Source: a virus | Taxonomy: Duplodnaviria; Heunggongvirae; Uroviricota; Caudoviricetes | Strand: one strand, 5' to 3' | Virus record (IMG/VR): IMGVR_UViG_2778261396_000002 | DNA: 29,073 nucleotides | Shown: one piece after another, positions 1-8,570 of the stretch | Layout: each line of letters begins with the position of its first letter | Position numbering within the stretch: the stretch's first letter is position 1 | Notes under the pieces: generated by a model | Told to the model about the DNA's origin: nothing | The model's input: the letters and a program-made list of their open reading frames with translations, nothing else | Databases searched by the model: none | Position numbers and translations under genes: made by a program

Positions 1-107
1 GGCAGCACCTGGCACGGCTGGGACGGAAGTCGCTGTCGTTCTCAAAATCGGTGGAGCTGCATGACAAAGTCATCGGGCATTATCTGAACATAAAACACTA
101 TCAATAA
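1..107 (+). CDS. insB: IS1 InsB transposase, C-terminal fragment (5' end outside window)
   Basis: In-frame translation from position 3 gives [34 protein letters not shown] then TAA at 105-107, the recalled InsB C-terminus. Confidence 0.75.
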
Positions 108-122
108 GTTGGAGTCATTACC
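1..122 (+). mobile_element. IS1 right end (partial; element continues beyond window start); terminal inverted repeat GGTAATGACTCCAACTTATTGAT present as its reverse complement at 100-122
   Basis: Positions 1-122 match the 3'-terminal ~120 bp of IS1 as I recall it (…CAGCACCTGGCACGGCTGGGACGGAAGTCGCTGTCGTTCTCAAAATCGGTGGAGCTGCATGACAAAGTCATCGGGCATTATCTGAACATAAAACACTATCAATAAGTTGGAGTCATTACC); from memory, not database-verified. Confidence 0.85.
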
Positions 123-1571
123 GATGTCAGAATGCTGATTAACCAGGGTATTTCCCGCGTAGTTCCAGATGAACTTAATGGGCACATCCAGTTTATCTTT
201 GCCGCGGACGCCGTCGCGGATTGCCGTCATTTGCGGACCATGATCGATAGCATCTGTCCAGCTGAAGCAGGAGATTGACGTTTTGACCGGATTATCCAGC
301 ACCGGCAGGCGCTCTATGGTAATGGTATAGGTCGACTCACGCGCGCCACTATTTCCGCCGCTGATGCCGACATTGCCCGTCAAAATAGGCAACATAGCAA
401 TAGCGCGTGCAGTCAGCTCGCCGTTTGCCTGGCGTTGCGGCCCCCAGCCCTGGCAGATATAAGCGGGTTTTGCTGTGCCAATTTCACGCGCCAGTTTGAT
501 GATACGGTCTACCGGGATACCGGTAATTTGCGAAGCCCACTGCGGCGTTTTCGCTGTTTTATCGTCACCTTCACCAAGAATATAGGCTTTATAGTGACCA
601 TTTTTTGGTGCATCTGCGGGTAAGGTTTTTTCGTCATAGCCGACGCAGTATTTATCGAGAAAAGGTTGATCAACGAGATTTTCGTTAATCAATACCCAGG
701 CAATCCCCGCAACCAGCGCGGCATCGGTGCCCGGGCGAATAGGAAGCCATTCATCTTCACGACCAGCAGCCGTATCGGTATATCGCGGATCGATAACAAT
801 CATTTTGGCGTTCGATTTCTCGCGCGCTTTTTCAAGAAGATAAGTGATGCCACCGCCGCTCATGCGGGTTTCTGCCGGGTTGTTACCAAACATCACGACC
901 AGCTTGCTGTTTTCAATATCCGTGGTGCTGTTGCCATCATTACTGCCGTAGGTGTAGGGCATGGCACAGGAAATTTGCGCGGTGCTGTAGGAGCCATACT
1001 GATTGAGTGAACCGCCGTAGCAGTTCATCAGGCGTTTGACCGCCGAGGCTGATGGCGAAGAGCGGGTCATATTGCCGCCAACAATCCCCGAAGAGTACTG
1101 AATATATACAGCCTCATTGCCATATTGTTCGACGGTTTTTTTCAGGCTACTGGCGATAGTATCCAGGGCTTCATCCCAGCTAATCCGTTCGAATTTGCCT
1201 TCACCGCGTTTACCCACGCGTTTCATTGGGTAATTCAAGCGATCGGGATGATTAATACGCCGGCGGATGGAGCGACCGCGCAAACAGGCGCGTACCTGAT
1301 GGTTGCCGTACTCATCGCTGCCGGTATTGTCAGTTTCCACCCAGGTCACTTCATTATCTTTAACATGTAGACGAAGTGCACAGCGGCTACCACAGTTGAC
1401 GGAACAGGCACCCCAGACCACTTTTTCGCGGGCCTGTTGTACCGCTGCTGCTGCACTGCGCAGGGTAAACGGCAAAGAAAAACCGCCTGCAGCCAGCGCC
1501 AGAGAACCTATCGCGGTAGATTTAACGAGTGTTCTGCGGCTGATGCCCACCATTCGTTCATATTTGGACAT
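123..1571 (-). pseudogene. ynfE: DMSO-reductase-family molybdopterin oxidoreductase catalytic subunit (YnfE-like), N-terminal 483 codons, interrupted by IS1 at position 122/123
   Basis: ORF 42..1571(-) starts MSKYERMVGISRRTLVKS… with twin-arginine (SRRTLVK) signal and Cys-rich N-terminal cluster; family members are ~800 aa; frame runs into IS1 sequence after …TLVNQHSDI; position next to ynfD. Confidence 0.8.
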
Positions 1572-1769
1572 AACTCACTCCCTGTTCTTTATCGTTATAT
1601 AAAAGTTTATATATTGAATATTTAGCGCGCTAACAATAGAGTGAGTCTACCCATTTTGGGTTAAGAATTATTAATCCATATCAATAGAAGGGTATGAGTA
1701 ATAAGGTGGGATTATGTTGTATGTTCAAATCGCCGGATGTGTCGTATCCGGCGTTCAGTCGATAATGTA

Positions 1770-2075
1770 TTACTGCGGTTCGGCAGGCGCGCCATCCTGG
1801 GTAGACTGCGCGGGAGCAGAGACGTTACCGCTGGTGGTGCGGGTGTAGAGAATTTTATGCGTATCATTAGCACAATGCCCGACGACCTGGGAATCAGGCT
1901 GATCAACCTGGTCATTGGGTACAATACTTAATGTGAAGCTGCTTTCGGGTACGCCATTATTGATAATGCGCTGTGATATATCGCTCTGTATGCGCTCACA
2001 GGATCCCGGCGCGGCGAGTACTGCGGGTGAGGCGAGGGCGAGCAGAAGCGCGGCACAGCAGGTTGAGAGTTTCAT
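1770..2075 (-). CDS. ynfD: DUF1161-type small secreted protein YnfD (101 aa)
   Basis: ORF translation MKLSTCCAALLLALASPAVLAAPGSCERIQ… with signal peptide; start at second Met, preceded by AAGGAG; ORF track 1770..2117. Confidence 0.8.
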   Translation of the reverse strand: MKLSTCCAALLLALASPAVLAAPGSCERIQSDISQRIINNGVPESSFTLSIVPNDQVDQPDSQVVGHCANDTHKILYTRTTSGNVSAPAQSTQDGAPAEPQ

Positions 2076-2182
2076 CATAAGCTCCTTACGCGAAGATAAC
2101 TTCTTTAAGCATAGCATTTAACGTGTAAAGTACTGTATTTGCTACTATGATTGAGAATCATCTCTACTCTCTGGTGACTGTT

Positions 2183-2893
2183 GTGAAATACAAATTACTA
2201 CCATGCTTACTCGCGATATTCCTCACAGGATGTGACCGCACAGAGGTAACACTTTCATTTACCCCTGAGATGGCCAGTTTCTCTAATGAATTCGATTTTG
2301 ATCCGCTGCGTGGTCCGGTAAAAGATTTCACTCAGACATTAATGGATGAGCAAGGTGAAGTGACGAAACGTGTTTCTGGGACTTTGTCGCAAGAAGGCTG
2401 TTTTGATTCACTCGAATTACTGGATCTGGAAAATAATACCGTGGTCGCTCTGGTACTGGACGCCAATTATTACCGTGATGCCGAGACGCTGGAGAAGAGA
2501 GTACGTTTACAGGGAAAATGCCAGCTAGCAGAATTACCTTCTGCCGGGGTGAGTTGGGAAACCGATGATAATGGCTTCGTGATTAAAGCCAGCAGCAAAC
2601 AAATGCAGATGGAATATCGCTATGATGATCAGGGTTATCCACTGGGTAAAACCACGAAAAGTAACGACAAAACATTATCTGTCAGCGCCACGCCATCAAC
2701 GGACCCGATCAAAAAATTAGATTACACAGCGGTTACTTTACTGAATAATCAACGAGTTGGTAATGTAAAACAGAGCTGTGAATATGACAGTCACGCCAAT
2801 CCGGTGGACTGTCAGCTGATCATTGTTGATGAAGGAGTAAAACCCGCCGTCGAACGGGTTTACACCATCAAAAATACAATCGATTATTATTAA
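2183..2893 (+). CDS. ynfC: Lipoprotein YnfC (UPF0257), 236 aa from GTG start
   Basis: ORF 2147..2893; canonical lipoprotein signal (V/M)KYKLLPCLLAIFLTGC begins at GTG 2183; upstream ATG 2147 is an alternative start. Confidence 0.75.
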   Translation: MKYKLLPCLLAIFLTGCDRTEVTLSFTPEMASFSNEFDFDPLRGPVKDFTQTLMDEQGEVTKRVSGTLSQEGCFDSLELLDLENNTVVALVLDANYYRDAETLEKRVRLQGKCQLAELPSAGVSWETDDNGFVIKASSKQMQMEYRYDDQGYPLGKTTKSNDKTLSVSATPSTDPIKKLDYTAVTLLNNQRVGNVKQSCEYDSHANPVDCQLIIVDEGVKPAVERVYTIKNTIDYY

Positions 2894-2895
2894 TG

Positions 2896-3456
2896 CTATT
2901 GTGCGGTCGGCTTCAGGAGAGTCTGACCCGGTGTTTTGTGCTCTGCCAGATACTGATGCTGGAATATACACATGCGAATGGCATTACGATATTGACCATT
3001 AATAAAAAACTCATGCATCAATTCACCTTCAACCGTAAAGCCAAGCTTGCGGTAAATGTGAATCGCTTTTTCATTCTCTTTATCGACGATCAGATACAAC
3101 TTATAGAGATTGAGAACGGTGAAGCCATAGTCCATTGCTAATTTGGCGGCACGGGTTGCCAGACCTTTCCCCTGATACTCCGGGGAGATAATTATCTGAA
3201 ATTCTGCGCGGCGATGTACATGGTTAATTTCCACCAGCTCCACCAGACCGGCTTTTTCGCCGTCACATTCCACCACAAAGCGCCGTTCGCTCTGATCGTG
3301 AATATGCTTATCATACAGATCAGAGAGTTCAACAAAGGCTTCGTAGGGTTCCTCAAACCAGTAACGCATCACACTGGCGTTATTGTCGAGTTGATGTACA
3401 TAGCGTAAATCTTCACGCTCCAGCGGGCGTAGCTTAACACTGTGGGCGCTTGGCAT
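2896..3456 (-). CDS. speG: Spermidine N1-acetyltransferase SpeG (186 aa)
   Basis: ORF translation [41 protein letters not shown]… GNAT fold, matches recalled SpeG. Confidence 0.95.
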   Translation of the reverse strand: MPSAHSVKLRPLEREDLRYVHQLDNNASVMRYWFEEPYEAFVELSDLYDKHIHDQSERRFVVECDGEKAGLVELVEINHVHRRAEFQIIISPEYQGKGLATRAAKLAMDYGFTVLNLYKLYLIVDKENEKAIHIYRKLGFTVEGELMHEFFINGQYRNAIRMCIFQHQYLAEHKTPGQTLLKPTAQ

Positions 3457-3490
3457 AACGTGTCCTTACATTCCTTAAATCAATAACAGG

Positions 3491-3832
3491 TTAGGGGGTA
3501 ATAACGCGGCCAGTTCGACGGTCCAGGCAGCGCAAAGTATTTGGCTCCCAGTAGGCATTGATGTTGGCGCTTTGCTCACATTTATCTCGGTTATCAAAAG
3601 CGGCGTCGGCTTTATCCCACTCTTTTTCAGTGCGTTTATTCACTTTCTGGCGCAGATTGCGCGTGTCATTCCATTGCTCTTTTTCCATAGCGGCGTGCTG
3701 GCGGCTTTGTGCACTGTCGCCAGACTCAATCACCAGTTTGTTAGTTTCGGCATGAACAGTTGTGCTCAATGCCAGTGCGCAAGGCAGCAGAAAAGCGAGC
3801 AGGCCGATTCGTTTGCTGAGAGTGATTTTCAT
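3491..3832 (-). CDS. ynfB: UPF0482 secreted protein YnfB (113 aa)
   Basis: ORF translation with N-terminal signal peptide [28 protein letters not shown]; synteny upstream of speG. Confidence 0.85.
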
Positions 3833-3966
3833 AATTCATTCCCTGTATGAATGATTAAAGGTGATTCTACACCATCCACTGCGAACGCAAAACGTACCAG
3901 GAGGGTGTTTATATTGATGATATTATGTCGCCCTATAACTATACATGATGTCAATAAGTGACAAAG

Positions 3967-4293
3967 ATGATTAAAACAACGTTACTATTTTTTGCTACTG
4001 CGCTGTGTGAAATTATTGGATGCTTTCTGCCCTGGTTGTGGTTAAAACGAAACGCCAGTATCTGGCTGTTGCTTCCGGCGGGGATTTCACTGGCGCTGTT
4101 TGTTTGGTTGTTAACGTTGCATCCTGCGGCGAGTGGGCGTGTTTACGCGGCTTATGGTGGCGTTTATGTCTGCACGGCGTTGATGTGGCTGCGCGTTGTG
4201 GATGGCGTGAAACTAAGTCTTTATGACTGGACGGGGGCGTTGATTGCGCTTTGCGGCATGTTGATCATTGTTGCGGGCTGGGGGCGCACGTAG
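3967..4293 (+). CDS. ynfA: UPF0060 inner-membrane protein YnfA (108 aa)
   Basis: ORF 3958..4293 (GTG) contains [26 protein letters not shown]… hydrophobic 4-TM protein; ATG at 3967. Confidence 0.85.
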   Translation: MIKTTLLFFATALCEIIGCFLPWLWLKRNASIWLLLPAGISLALFVWLLTLHPAASGRVYAAYGGVYVCTALMWLRVVDGVKLSLYDWTGALIALCGMLIIVAGWGRT

Positions 4294-4498
4294 GAACATA
4301 AATCCATTTTATCAATAAGATACGAGGAAGTGTCAGCTGACAAAAGGTATTCTATTTCATCTTTTGTCAACCATTCACAGCGCAAATATACGCCTTTTTT
4401 TGTGATCACTCCGGCTTTTTTCGATCTTCATACTTGTATGGTAGTAGTTCAGCTGCGTAGATTTCATGCATCACGACAAGCGATGCAAGGAATCGAAC

Positions 4499-5713
4499 AT
4501 GAAGATCGTAAAGGCTGAAGTTTTTGTTACCTGTCCGGGGCGTAATTTCGTCACGTTAAAAATCACCACTGAGGACGGTATTACGGGCCTTGGGGATGCC
4601 ACCCTCAATGGACGTGAGCTTTCCGTGGCCTCTTATTTGCAGGATCACCTTTGTCCGCAGCTTATTGGTCGCGATGCGCACCGTATCGAAGATATCTGGC
4701 AGTTTTTCTATAAAGGTGCTTACTGGCGTCGCGGTCCGGTTACGATGTCGGCCATTTCAGCGGTTGATATGGCGCTGTGGGATATTAAAGCCAAAGCTGC
4801 CAACATGCCGCTTTACCAGTTACTCGGCGGCGCGTCTCGTGAAGGGGTGATGGTTTATTGCCATACCACCGGTCACAGTATTGATGAAGCTCTGGATGAT
4901 TATGCCCGTCATCAGGAGCTGGGATTCAAAGCCATCCGCGTGCAGTGCGGAATCCCTGGTATGAAAACCACCTACGGCATGTCGAAAGGTAAAGGTCTGG
5001 CTTATGAACCCGCAACCAAAGGACAGTGGCCGGAAGAGCAGCTGTGGTCGACGGAGAAATACCTCGATTTCATGCCGAAATTGTTTGACGCGGTACGTAA
5101 CAAGTTTGGTTTTAATGAACATTTGCTGCATGACATGCACCATCGCTTAACGCCTATTGAAGCGGCGCGCTTTGGTAAAAGCATTGAAGATTATCGCATG
5201 TTCTGGATGGAAGACCCGACGCCTGCGGAAAACCAGGAATGCTTCCGTCTCATTCGCCAACATACCGTCACACCCATCGCAGTGGGTGAAGTCTTCAACA
5301 GCATCTGGGACTGCAAACAACTGATTGAAGAGCAACTCATCGATTATATCCGCACCACGCTGACCCATGCAGGCGGAATTACCGGTATGCGCCGGATTGC
5401 CGATTTTGCTTCGCTGTATCAGGTACGTACTGGCTCACACGGTCCTTCCGATTTGTCACCAGTCTGCATGGCTGCGGCGCTGCACTTTGATCTGTGGGTC
5501 CCCAATTTCGGTGTCCAGGAATACATGGGTTATTCCGAACAAATGCTCGAAGTCTTCCCGCACAACTGGACTTTCGATAACGGCTATATGCATCCGGGAG
5601 ACAAACCGGGTCTTGGTATCGAATTCGATGAAAAGCTGGCGGCGAAATATCCCTATGAACCTGCTTATCTACCAGTCGCACGTCTGGAAGATGGCACGCT
5701 GTGGAACTGGTAA
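4499..5713 (+). CDS. rspA: Starvation-sensing protein RspA, enolase-superfamily mannonate dehydratase-like (404 aa)
   Basis: ORF 4466..5713; internal ATG 4499 with AAGGAA SD gives [40 protein letters not shown]…. Confidence 0.9.
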
Positions 5714-5724
5714 GGAGTAAGATA

Positions 5725-6744
5725 ATGAAAAGCATATTAATTGAAAAACCGAATCAACTGGCGATTGTCGAACGTGAAATACCCACCCCGTCAGCGGGTG
5801 AAGTACGAGTAAAAGTGAAACTTGCCGGAATTTGTGGTTCAGATAGCCATATTTATCGTGGGCATAATCCTTTTGCGAAATATCCGCGCGTCATTGGTCA
5901 TGAATTCTTTGGCGTCATTGATGCAGTGGGTGACGGCGTGGAAAGCGCCAGAGTCGGTGAACGTGTTGCTGTCGATCCGGTGGTCAGCTGTGGGCATTGC
6001 TATCCGTGCTCTATAGGTAAACCGAACGTTTGTACGACACTTGCTGTATTAGGTGTGCACGCTGACGGTGGTTTCAGTGAATATGCCGTGGTTCCGGCAA
6101 AAAATGCGTGGAAAATTCCTGAAGCAGTGGCCGATCAATATGCGGTGATGATCGAACCTTTTACCATTGCGGCTAACGTTACCGGTCATGGTCAACCGAC
6201 TGAAAATGATACCGTTCTGGTTTATGGTGCCGGTCCAATCGGCCTGACGATCGTTCAGGTATTAAAAGGCGTCTATAACGTTAAAAATGTGATTGTTGCC
6301 GATCGCATTGATGAACGACTGGAAAAAGCGAAAGAGAGCGGGGCTGACTGGGCGATTAATAACAGCCAGACACCGCTTGGCGAGATTTTCACTGAAAAAG
6401 GCATCAAGCCGACATTAATTATCGATGCGGCTTGTCATCCTTCTATCCTGAAAGAGGCCGTAACGCTGGCTTCTCCAGCGGCACGTATTGTATTGATGGG
6501 CTTCTCCAGTGAACCGTCTGAAGTGATTCAGCAAGGAATTACCGGAAAAGAACTCTCTATTTTCTCTTCACGCTTAAATGCAAATAAATTCCCGGTCGTT
6601 ATCGACTGGTTAAGTAAAGGGTTAATTAAACCAGAAAAATTAATTACCCATACGTTTGATTTCCAGCATGTTGCTGATGCCATTAGTTTATTTGAACAGG
6701 ATCAAAAACATTGCTGCAAAGTCTTACTCACTTTTTCTGAATAA
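5725..6744 (+). CDS. rspB: Zn-dependent alcohol dehydrogenase-family protein RspB (339 aa)
   Basis: ORF 5701..6744; ATG 5725 after TAAGGAG gives MKSILIEKPNQLAIVEREIP…; GHEFFGV and GAGPIGL Rossmann motifs. Confidence 0.9.
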   Translation: MKSILIEKPNQLAIVEREIPTPSAGEVRVKVKLAGICGSDSHIYRGHNPFAKYPRVIGHEFFGVIDAVGDGVESARVGERVAVDPVVSCGHCYPCSIGKPNVCTTLAVLGVHADGGFSEYAVVPAKNAWKIPEAVADQYAVMIEPFTIAANVTGHGQPTENDTVLVYGAGPIGLTIVQVLKGVYNVKNVIVADRIDERLEKAKESGADWAINNSQTPLGEIFTEKGIKPTLIIDAACHPSILKEAVTLASPAARIVLMGFSSEPSEVIQQGITGKELSIFSSRLNANKFPVVIDWLSKGLIKPEKLITHTFDFQHVADAISLFEQDQKHCCKVLLTFSE

Positions 6745-6801
6745 TACCAATAACGGCGAGTAAGTAGTACGCATCTTACCTCTTTTTTAGAGATAACCAT
6801 T

Positions 6802-6912
6802 ATGACAATAGAAAAACACGAAAGAAGCACTAAGGATTTGGTGAAAGCAGCAGTATCGGGATGGCTGGGCACTGCGCTTGAATTTATGGATTTCAAGAGT
6901 CATGCGTGTTAA
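6802..6912 (+). pseudogene. ydfJ: 5' fragment of an MFS transporter gene (ydfJ-like) truncated at the prophage junction
   Basis: ATG 6802: MTIEKHERSTKDLVKAAVSGWLGTALEFMDFKSHAC* – MFS N-terminal signature ends 36 codons in, immediately before the integrase gene. Confidence 0.5.
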
Positions 6913-6931
6913 CTATTTGATAAATATTAAA

Positions 6932-8227
6932 TTAATTTTTCATTGCTTCGTTATGGGGCATGGTTGGGGCAAACTCGCTTAACTGTGTATTTAACAAAGC
7001 TACCTGTGCATTATTGTTTTCAGACATCCATTTTCCGTATACCTGAAATACCATTTGCGCATCTGCATGGCCCATCTGGTTTGCTATAAATGCCGGGTTA
7101 GCACCAGCTGTCAGCGACCAGCAGGCATAAGTATGTCTCGACTGATATGATTTTCGATGGCGGAGTCCGGCACGTTTTATCGCTGCGTCCCACATCTGCC
7201 TTATTGAGTCAACGGTAAAATGGTCACCATAATTTTTTACTCTCGCTGACACTTCAGGTTGAAAAACAAAGGTGCATTTTTGTTTTTCTGTTCTGCCATA
7301 CTCTCTGAGGTGAACATCAATGATATGCTCTTTGCTCAGTCTCGTTAATGTCATCTGACTCCGGAGAGCGTCGATTGCTGGCTTAATAAGATGAATGACC
7401 CGATTGGTTCCCGCCTGTGTTTTTGGTACCGTGAAACGGTCTTTTGCTAAATTTCTCCTGATCATCATTGTTCCATTTTTCAGATCTATGTCCTCCCATC
7501 CAAGTGCACACAGCTCACCAGGGCGAACTCCAGTATAAACAGAAACACACCATAAATTTTTTGCTTGCTGATTTCTGCACGCATCGATAAGACGGATAAA
7601 TTCTTCCCGCGAAAGAGGATCCGGAATGGTTCTTGATTCCTTTAATGGCGAGATCCCCTTAAACGGATTATCTGCCAGGTAACCGTTATCAACACCAAAC
7701 TGGAACACGGCGTTAAGATTTGTCATGTAATTATTTACAGTTACAGCCGATCTCCCTGGTTGTGTAACAATATAGTTACTTTTGGGGATCTGGTATCCAG
7801 TCAGTAACTCTTTACGAACCTCCAGTAATTTTTCTTTATTAATCGATGAGGCAAGATTTTTTTCACCGATTATGCTCAGGATATTTTTGATGACGGCACG
7901 GTATGTGTTGAGTGATGTTTTGGCGACTTCAGTTTCTTTCAGTGCCAGAAATTTTTCAGCCAGTTCTTTTATGGTTAAATCTTGTCGGGCCTCACCAAAT
8001 TTTTCCAGATTGCGTGAGGAGGGAAACTGTTTTGCATAGTCGAAAACACCAGTTTTTATTGCGTAACAAACAGAGGAGCGTAGTTCACCTGCAACGCGCC
8101 TGTTTTTTGCTGTGTCAGGAACCCCCAGATTTTCCCTGACTCTTACGTCTTTATAAACAAACCAGATACGTAATTTCCCTCCATGGTTTTCCACGCCTGT
8201 CGGATATTTCATTTCAACTTCTCTCAT
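6932..8227 (-). CDS. intQ: Prophage tyrosine integrase (lambda-type), apparently intact, 431 aa
   Basis: ORF translation; C-terminal catalytic region …RHTYACWSLTAGANPAFIANQMGHADAQMVFQVYGKW… (R..H..Y); alternative start at Met6 (MKYPTG) with better SD. Confidence 0.88.
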   Translation of the reverse strand: MREVEMKYPTGVENHGGKLRIWFVYKDVRVRENLGVPDTAKNRRVAGELRSSVCYAIKTGVFDYAKQFPSSRNLEKFGEARQDLTIKELAEKFLALKETEVAKTSLNTYRAVIKNILSIIGEKNLASSINKEKLLEVRKELLTGYQIPKSNYIVTQPGRSAVTVNNYMTNLNAVFQFGVDNGYLADNPFKGISPLKESRTIPDPLSREEFIRLIDACRNQQAKNLWCVSVYTGVRPGELCALGWEDIDLKNGTMMIRRNLAKDRFTVPKTQAGTNRVIHLIKPAIDALRSQMTLTRLSKEHIIDVHLREYGRTEKQKCTFVFQPEVSARVKNYGDHFTVDSIRQMWDAAIKRAGLRHRKSYQSRHTYACWSLTAGANPAFIANQMGHADAQMVFQVYGKWMSENNNAQVALLNTQLSEFAPTMPHNEAMKN

Positions 8228-8246
8228 TAGTTAGTGTGGTTTTTAG

Positions 8247-8498
8247 TCAAGTAAGATGACGTCTTGGTCTCGCTGATGCCTGGCGCTCAATCCAGCGATC
8301 AATTTCTTCCAGGTTGTAAAAGCATGGACTGTTATCCCATGGCATACCGTCATGAGCGACATGCTTATATTCCCTTCCTTCCATAAACGATTTTTCCCGG
8401 GCCTTTTTTAACGTACCTTTTTTTATTCCTTTCAGCGCAATTAACTGCTCTTCGGATACCCATTTGCCGGGAGAGACAATCATGATTACTTCGCTCAT
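8247..8498 (-). CDS. Putative excisionase/Xis-like small protein (83 aa)
   Basis: Small basic ORF immediately upstream of int on same strand; position only, no recognised motif. Confidence 0.5.
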   Translation of the reverse strand: MSEVIMIVSPGKWVSEEQLIALKGIKKGTLKKAREKSFMEGREYKHVAHDGMPWDNSPCFYNLEEIDRWIERQASARPRRHLT

Positions 8499-8570
8499 CG
8501 ATTTCTTTATCTCTTACATCAGACGAGCGCCGGTTGCAGAATACCAGTCACAACCGGCGACAGTTGAACA

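Noticed and set aside
6702-6896. 64-aa minus-strand ORF overlapping the rspB 3' end and ydfJ fragment
   Set aside because: Overlaps two better-supported plus-strand reading frames; no start-site signals; hydrophobic low-complexity product.
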